The position numbers and the translations under genes were made by a program. A DNA stretch of 64,000 nucleotides from NCBI GenBank assembly GCA_963801165.1, contig CAWDDT010000007.1, forward strand, positions 96,001 to 160,000. The letters are read 5' to 3'. The DNA is from an uncultured bacterium. Lineage in GTDB: Bacteria; Actinomycetota; Acidimicrobiia; Spongiisociales; UBA5794. Every line of letters starts with the position of its first letter. The first letter of the stretch is position 1. Below the pieces are notes generated by a model. It was not told where the DNA came from and made no database searches. It saw nothing but the letters and a program-made list of their open reading frames with translations. Positions 59,551 to 64,000 of this stretch are shown here, in pieces.

Positions 59551-60105
59551 GTGATCGTTTTTGCAACGTTGTTTCTCGCCGCAGCCGATACGCAGGAGCC
59601 TTCGGGGCTCGACTTGCTGCTGCCGCGCGACCGCAACGAGATAATCGCCGGGCTCATCGCATTCCTGATTGTCTTCTTCTTCATCTGGAAGTATGCCGTC
59701 CCGGCGCTCAACGACCTGCTGGCCAACCGGCAGAGCGCCATCAAGGCAAGCCTCGAGGCCGCGGAGGAGGAGAAACAACAGGCTGCGACCCTCAAGGCCG
59801 ACTACGAGAAATCGATCGCCAATGCCAGGGAGGAAGCCAGCAAGATCGTCGAGGATGCTCGCCAGGCCGGTGAGTCGGCGCGGGCCGACATCGTGTCGAG
59901 GGCGGAGGGCGAAGCTACCGCCATCAGGACCAGGGCCGGTGTAGAGCTCGAGGCCGAGAAAGAACGCGCCGTGACATCCATGCGGCGCGAGGTCGCAGGC
60001 CTGTCTCTGGACGTAGCCGAGAAGCTGGTCGGTCGGAGCCTCGATCGTGCATCCCAGCAGGAGCTGGTCGATCAGTTCATCGACGAGCTGGGCGGTAAGG
60101 GCTGA
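59551..60105 (+). CDS. atpF: F0F1 ATP synthase subunit b
   Basis: TM plus coiled coil, position in operon. Confidence 0.93.
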   Translation: MIVFATLFLAAADTQEPSGLDLLLPRDRNEIIAGLIAFLIVFFFIWKYAVPALNDLLANRQSAIKASLEAAEEEKQQAATLKADYEKSIANAREEASKIVEDARQAGESARADIVSRAEGEATAIRTRAGVELEAEKERAVTSMRREVAGLSLDVAEKLVGRSLDRASQQELVDQFIDELGGKG

Positions 60106-60107
60106 TC

Positions 60108-60638
60108 ATGGTTACCAGCCACGTTGATGGGTACGCCCGGGCGCTGCTTGATGTCGTCTCGGCTGAGGGAGACACGGACCGTCTGTCGGACGAGCTGTTC
60201 CTCGTCGCCCGGGAATTCGGTGAGTCGGAGGATCTCAGCGGTGCGCTCGAGGATCCGCTGCTTCCGTTCGAGAGGAAGCAGGCGATCATCTCCGACCTCC
60301 TCGGCGAGCGTGCTTCCGCGGTGACCGTATCGCTGGTCAACATGCTCGTCGGCGTCGGCAAGATCAAGGACTTCCCCGCGATCACCAAGCGGATGATGGA
60401 GTTGGCGGCGGAAGCCGAGGGCGAGGTAGTCGCCGATGTCACCAGCGCAGTCGATCTGGACGAGGCCACCCAGGAGCGGCTCGCCGCGAAGCTGGCCGCG
60501 GTGACCGGCAAGCGGGTACGACTCCACGTTGTGGTCGATCCTTCGTTGATTGGTGGGTTGGTCGCCCAGGTTGAAGACACATTGTTCGACGGGTCGGTAA
60601 AGAGCCGGCTCCAAGATTTGCGAGAGGCATGGGCATAG
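60108..60638 (+). CDS. atpH: F1 subunit delta
   Basis: YARAL, VTSA, VDPSLIGG, DGSV. Confidence 0.94.
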   Translation: MVTSHVDGYARALLDVVSAEGDTDRLSDELFLVAREFGESEDLSGALEDPLLPFERKQAIISDLLGERASAVTVSLVNMLVGVGKIKDFPAITKRMMELAAEAEGEVVADVTSAVDLDEATQERLAAKLAAVTGKRVRLHVVVDPSLIGGLVAQVEDTLFDGSVKSRLQDLREAWA

Positions 60639-60641
60639 CGC

Positions 60642-62150
60642 ATGGCTGATCTAACCCTGACTCCCGAAGACATCACCGGTGCACTCCACCGCAGCCTCGA
60701 AGGATGGACCCCTTCCGTCGAGGCCGAGACGGTTGGCTACGTGGCCGCCGTCGGGGACGGTGTAGCCCGGGTCGTGGGCCTTCCCCACGCAATGACGTCG
60801 GAGTTGCTGGAGTTCTCCGGTGGGCTCACCGGTGTGGCCCTCAACCTCGACGAGGATTCCATCGGTTGCGTCATCATGGGCGAGGCATCCCGAATCGAGG
60901 AAGGCGACGAGGTTCGCTCCACCGGCCGGGTGCTCTCGGTGCCTGTAGGCGACGGGCTGCTCGGACGGGTCATCGACCCGCTCGGGACCCCGCTCGACGG
61001 CAAGGGCCCTCTCGAATTCACCGAGACCCGTCTTCTCGAGACGCAGGCGCCCTCGGTCGTAGAGCGGCAGCCGGTGAAGGAGCCTCTGCAGACCGGGATC
61101 AAGGCCATCGACGCGATGACGCCGATCGGTCGCGGCCAGCGCCAGCTGATCATCGGCGACCGGCAAACCGGCAAGACCGCGATCCTCATCGACACGATCA
61201 TCAACCAGAAGGGTCTCGGCGTTAAGTGCATATACGTCGCCATCGGCCAGAAGGCGTCGACGGTCGCCGAGGTCGCCGATACGCTCGCAGCGGCCGGGGC
61301 GATGGAGTACACCGTCATCGTCGCCGCCCCCGCCTCCACCGCGGCCGCCCTTCAGATGTATGCGCCGTATTCCGGCTCGGCGATCGGTCAGTACTGGATG
61401 TACAAAGGCGAGCACGCATTGGTCATGTTCGACGATCTCTCGAAGCAGGCGGTTGCGTACCGTGAGATCTCGCTGTTGCTGCGGCGCCCACCGGGGCGTG
61501 AAGCGTATCCGGGTGACGTCTTCTATCTGCACAGCCGGCTTCTGGAGCGGTGCGCCAAGCTGAGTGACGAGCTCGGGGGCGGTTCCCTGACCGGTCTGCC
61601 GGTCATCGAAACCAAGGCCAACGACGTGTCTGCCTACATCCCGACCAACGTCATCTCTATCACCGACGGGCAGATCTTCCTCGAGTCCGATCTGTTCTAT
61701 TCGGGTATCCGCCCTGCGATCAACGCAGGTATCTCGGTTTCCCGCGTCGGTGGAGCGGCGCAGGTGAAGGCGATGCGGAAGGTCGCCGGACCGCTCCGGC
61801 TCAACCTGGCCCAGTACCGTGAGCTCGAGGCGTTCGCCGAGTTTGGCTCCGAGTTGGACGAAGCTTCGCTGGCACAGCTGGAGCGCGGGTCGCGTGTTGT
61901 CGAGATCCTCAAGCAGGGCCAGTTCGCCCCGATGCCCGTGCAGGAGCAGGCGGTGTCGATCTTTGCGGTTACCGAGGGCCACATGGACGACGTCCCGATC
62001 GAAGAGGTCCGCAAGTTCGAGGCCGGTCTGCTCGAGTTCGTGCGCACCAGGCATTCCGGTCTCCTCAACGAGATCAGGGACACGGGCGAGCTGCCCGTGG
62101 AGGGCATCGTTGCCGCCATCAACAACTACAAGGCGTCTCAGGAGCACTAG
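60642..62150 (+). CDS. atpA: F1 subunit alpha
   Basis: [31 protein letters not shown]. Confidence 0.98.
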   Translation: MADLTLTPEDITGALHRSLEGWTPSVEAETVGYVAAVGDGVARVVGLPHAMTSELLEFSGGLTGVALNLDEDSIGCVIMGEASRIEEGDEVRSTGRVLSVPVGDGLLGRVIDPLGTPLDGKGPLEFTETRLLETQAPSVVERQPVKEPLQTGIKAIDAMTPIGRGQRQLIIGDRQTGKTAILIDTIINQKGLGVKCIYVAIGQKASTVAEVADTLAAAGAMEYTVIVAAPASTAAALQMYAPYSGSAIGQYWMYKGEHALVMFDDLSKQAVAYREISLLLRRPPGREAYPGDVFYLHSRLLERCAKLSDELGGGSLTGLPVIETKANDVSAYIPTNVISITDGQIFLESDLFYSGIRPAINAGISVSRVGGAAQVKAMRKVAGPLRLNLAQYRELEAFAEFGSELDEASLAQLERGSRVVEILKQGQFAPMPVQEQAVSIFAVTEGHMDDVPIEEVRKFEAGLLEFVRTRHSGLLNEIRDTGELPVEGIVAAINNYKASQEH

Positions 62151-63029
62151 GTGGCCTCTGCTGAAGTACGGCAAATCCGGCGGCGCATAAAGAGCGTCGA
62201 GTCGACGATGAAGATCACGCGGGCGATGGAGCTCATCGCGACGTCGCGGATCGCACGGGCCCGCGTCCGGGTCACTGAGAACAAGCCGTACACCGAGAAG
62301 ATGAACGACGTGATCCGCAACCTCGGTGCCGGGAGCGGCGCCGTCCGGCATCCTCTGCTGGAACGCCGTCAGGTGCGCTCGGCCGGGGTGGTCGTCGTGT
62401 CGTCCGACCGTGGGCTCGCCGGTGGGTACAACTCGGGTGTTATCCGGATGGCCGAGCATCGGATGCATGACCTGCAGGAAGAGGGGAAATCGGTTCGCCT
62501 GTATACGGTGGGCGACCGGGGCAAGTCGTACTTCGCATACCGCAAATTCGACATCGAGCGCGCCTGGCTGGGAGTGACCGACACCCCCGGCTACGGGGAC
62601 GCCCGCATGATCGGCAACACCCTGCTCGAGGAGTACGAGACCGCAAAGGTGGATTCGGTCGAGGTATTTACCACCCGGTACGTGACGGCGTTGACCCAGC
62701 GGCCGGAGCAGTGGTTGGTGCTGCCGATCGAGCCACCGGAAGCCGGCGAGAAGAGCGGCCCGTCGGTCGGCTACACCTTCGAGCCGTCGGCGGAAGACAT
62801 CCTGGCCCGGCTGCTGCCGCGCTATCTCGAGGGTACGATCTTCGGGATGCTCCTCGAGGCGTCGGCATCCGAACATGCAGCCCGCCGCAGAGCTATGAAG
62901 GCGGCAACCGAAAACGCTGAAGAGCTCGTGCGTCTCCTGACCCGTGAGGCCAACCAGGCCCGCCAGGCTGAGATCACAACCGAGATATCTGAGATCGTCG
63001 GTGGCGCCGAGGCGCTCGCCAACGGTTAG
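62151..63029 (+). CDS. atpG: F1 subunit gamma
   Basis: KITRAMELIA, SDRGLAGGYN, NQARQAEITTEISEI. Confidence 0.97.
   Translation: MASAEVRQIRRRIKSVESTMKITRAMELIATSRIARARVRVTENKPYTEKMNDVIRNLGAGSGAVRHPLLERRQVRSAGVVVVSSDRGLAGGYNSGVIRMAEHRMHDLQEEGKSVRLYTVGDRGKSYFAYRKFDIERAWLGVTDTPGYGDARMIGNTLLEEYETAKVDSVEVFTTRYVTALTQRPEQWLVLPIEPPEAGEKSGPSVGYTFEPSAEDILARLLPRYLEGTIFGMLLEASASEHAARRRAMKAATENAEELVRLLTREANQARQAEITTEISEIVGGAEALANG

Positions 63030-64000
<971 letters not shown>

Noticed and set aside
60651-62876. 741-aa antisense ORF
   Set aside because: Shadow of atpA/atpG.

Overview
High-GC actinobacterial chromosome segment, probably class Acidimicrobiia (inferred from whiB1, DUF3107, Ku/LigD and the gene order tRNA-Arg/argS-lysA-hom-thrC-rho-rpmE-prfA-prmC-tsaC-glyA-atp). 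It is mostly housekeeping. I found no transposase, integrase, prophage or CRISPR. Main observations: (1) An oppositely oriented two-gene insert between prfA and prmC encodes an alpha-oxoamine-synthase-family PLP enzyme and a multi-TM orphan histidine kinase, an arrangement like the CqsA/CqsS and LqsA/LqsS autoinducer systems. (2) A sigma-28/WhiG-type promoter motif, T(C/A)A(A/C)-N15/16-(G/A)(C/G)CGATA(G/C), recurs in front of a giant DivIVA-headed coiled-coil gene, both orphan kinases and an unannotated 54-codon ORF; the window also carries c-di-GMP genes. (3) Two tandem >1100-aa Scy-like coiled-coil proteins. (4) A 57/111-bp palindromic tandem repeat array between tsaC and glyA. (5) Several 13-15-bp tandem duplications at gene ends, including the tRNA-Arg 3' end. 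All product calls come from motifs recognised by eye; no database searches were run.
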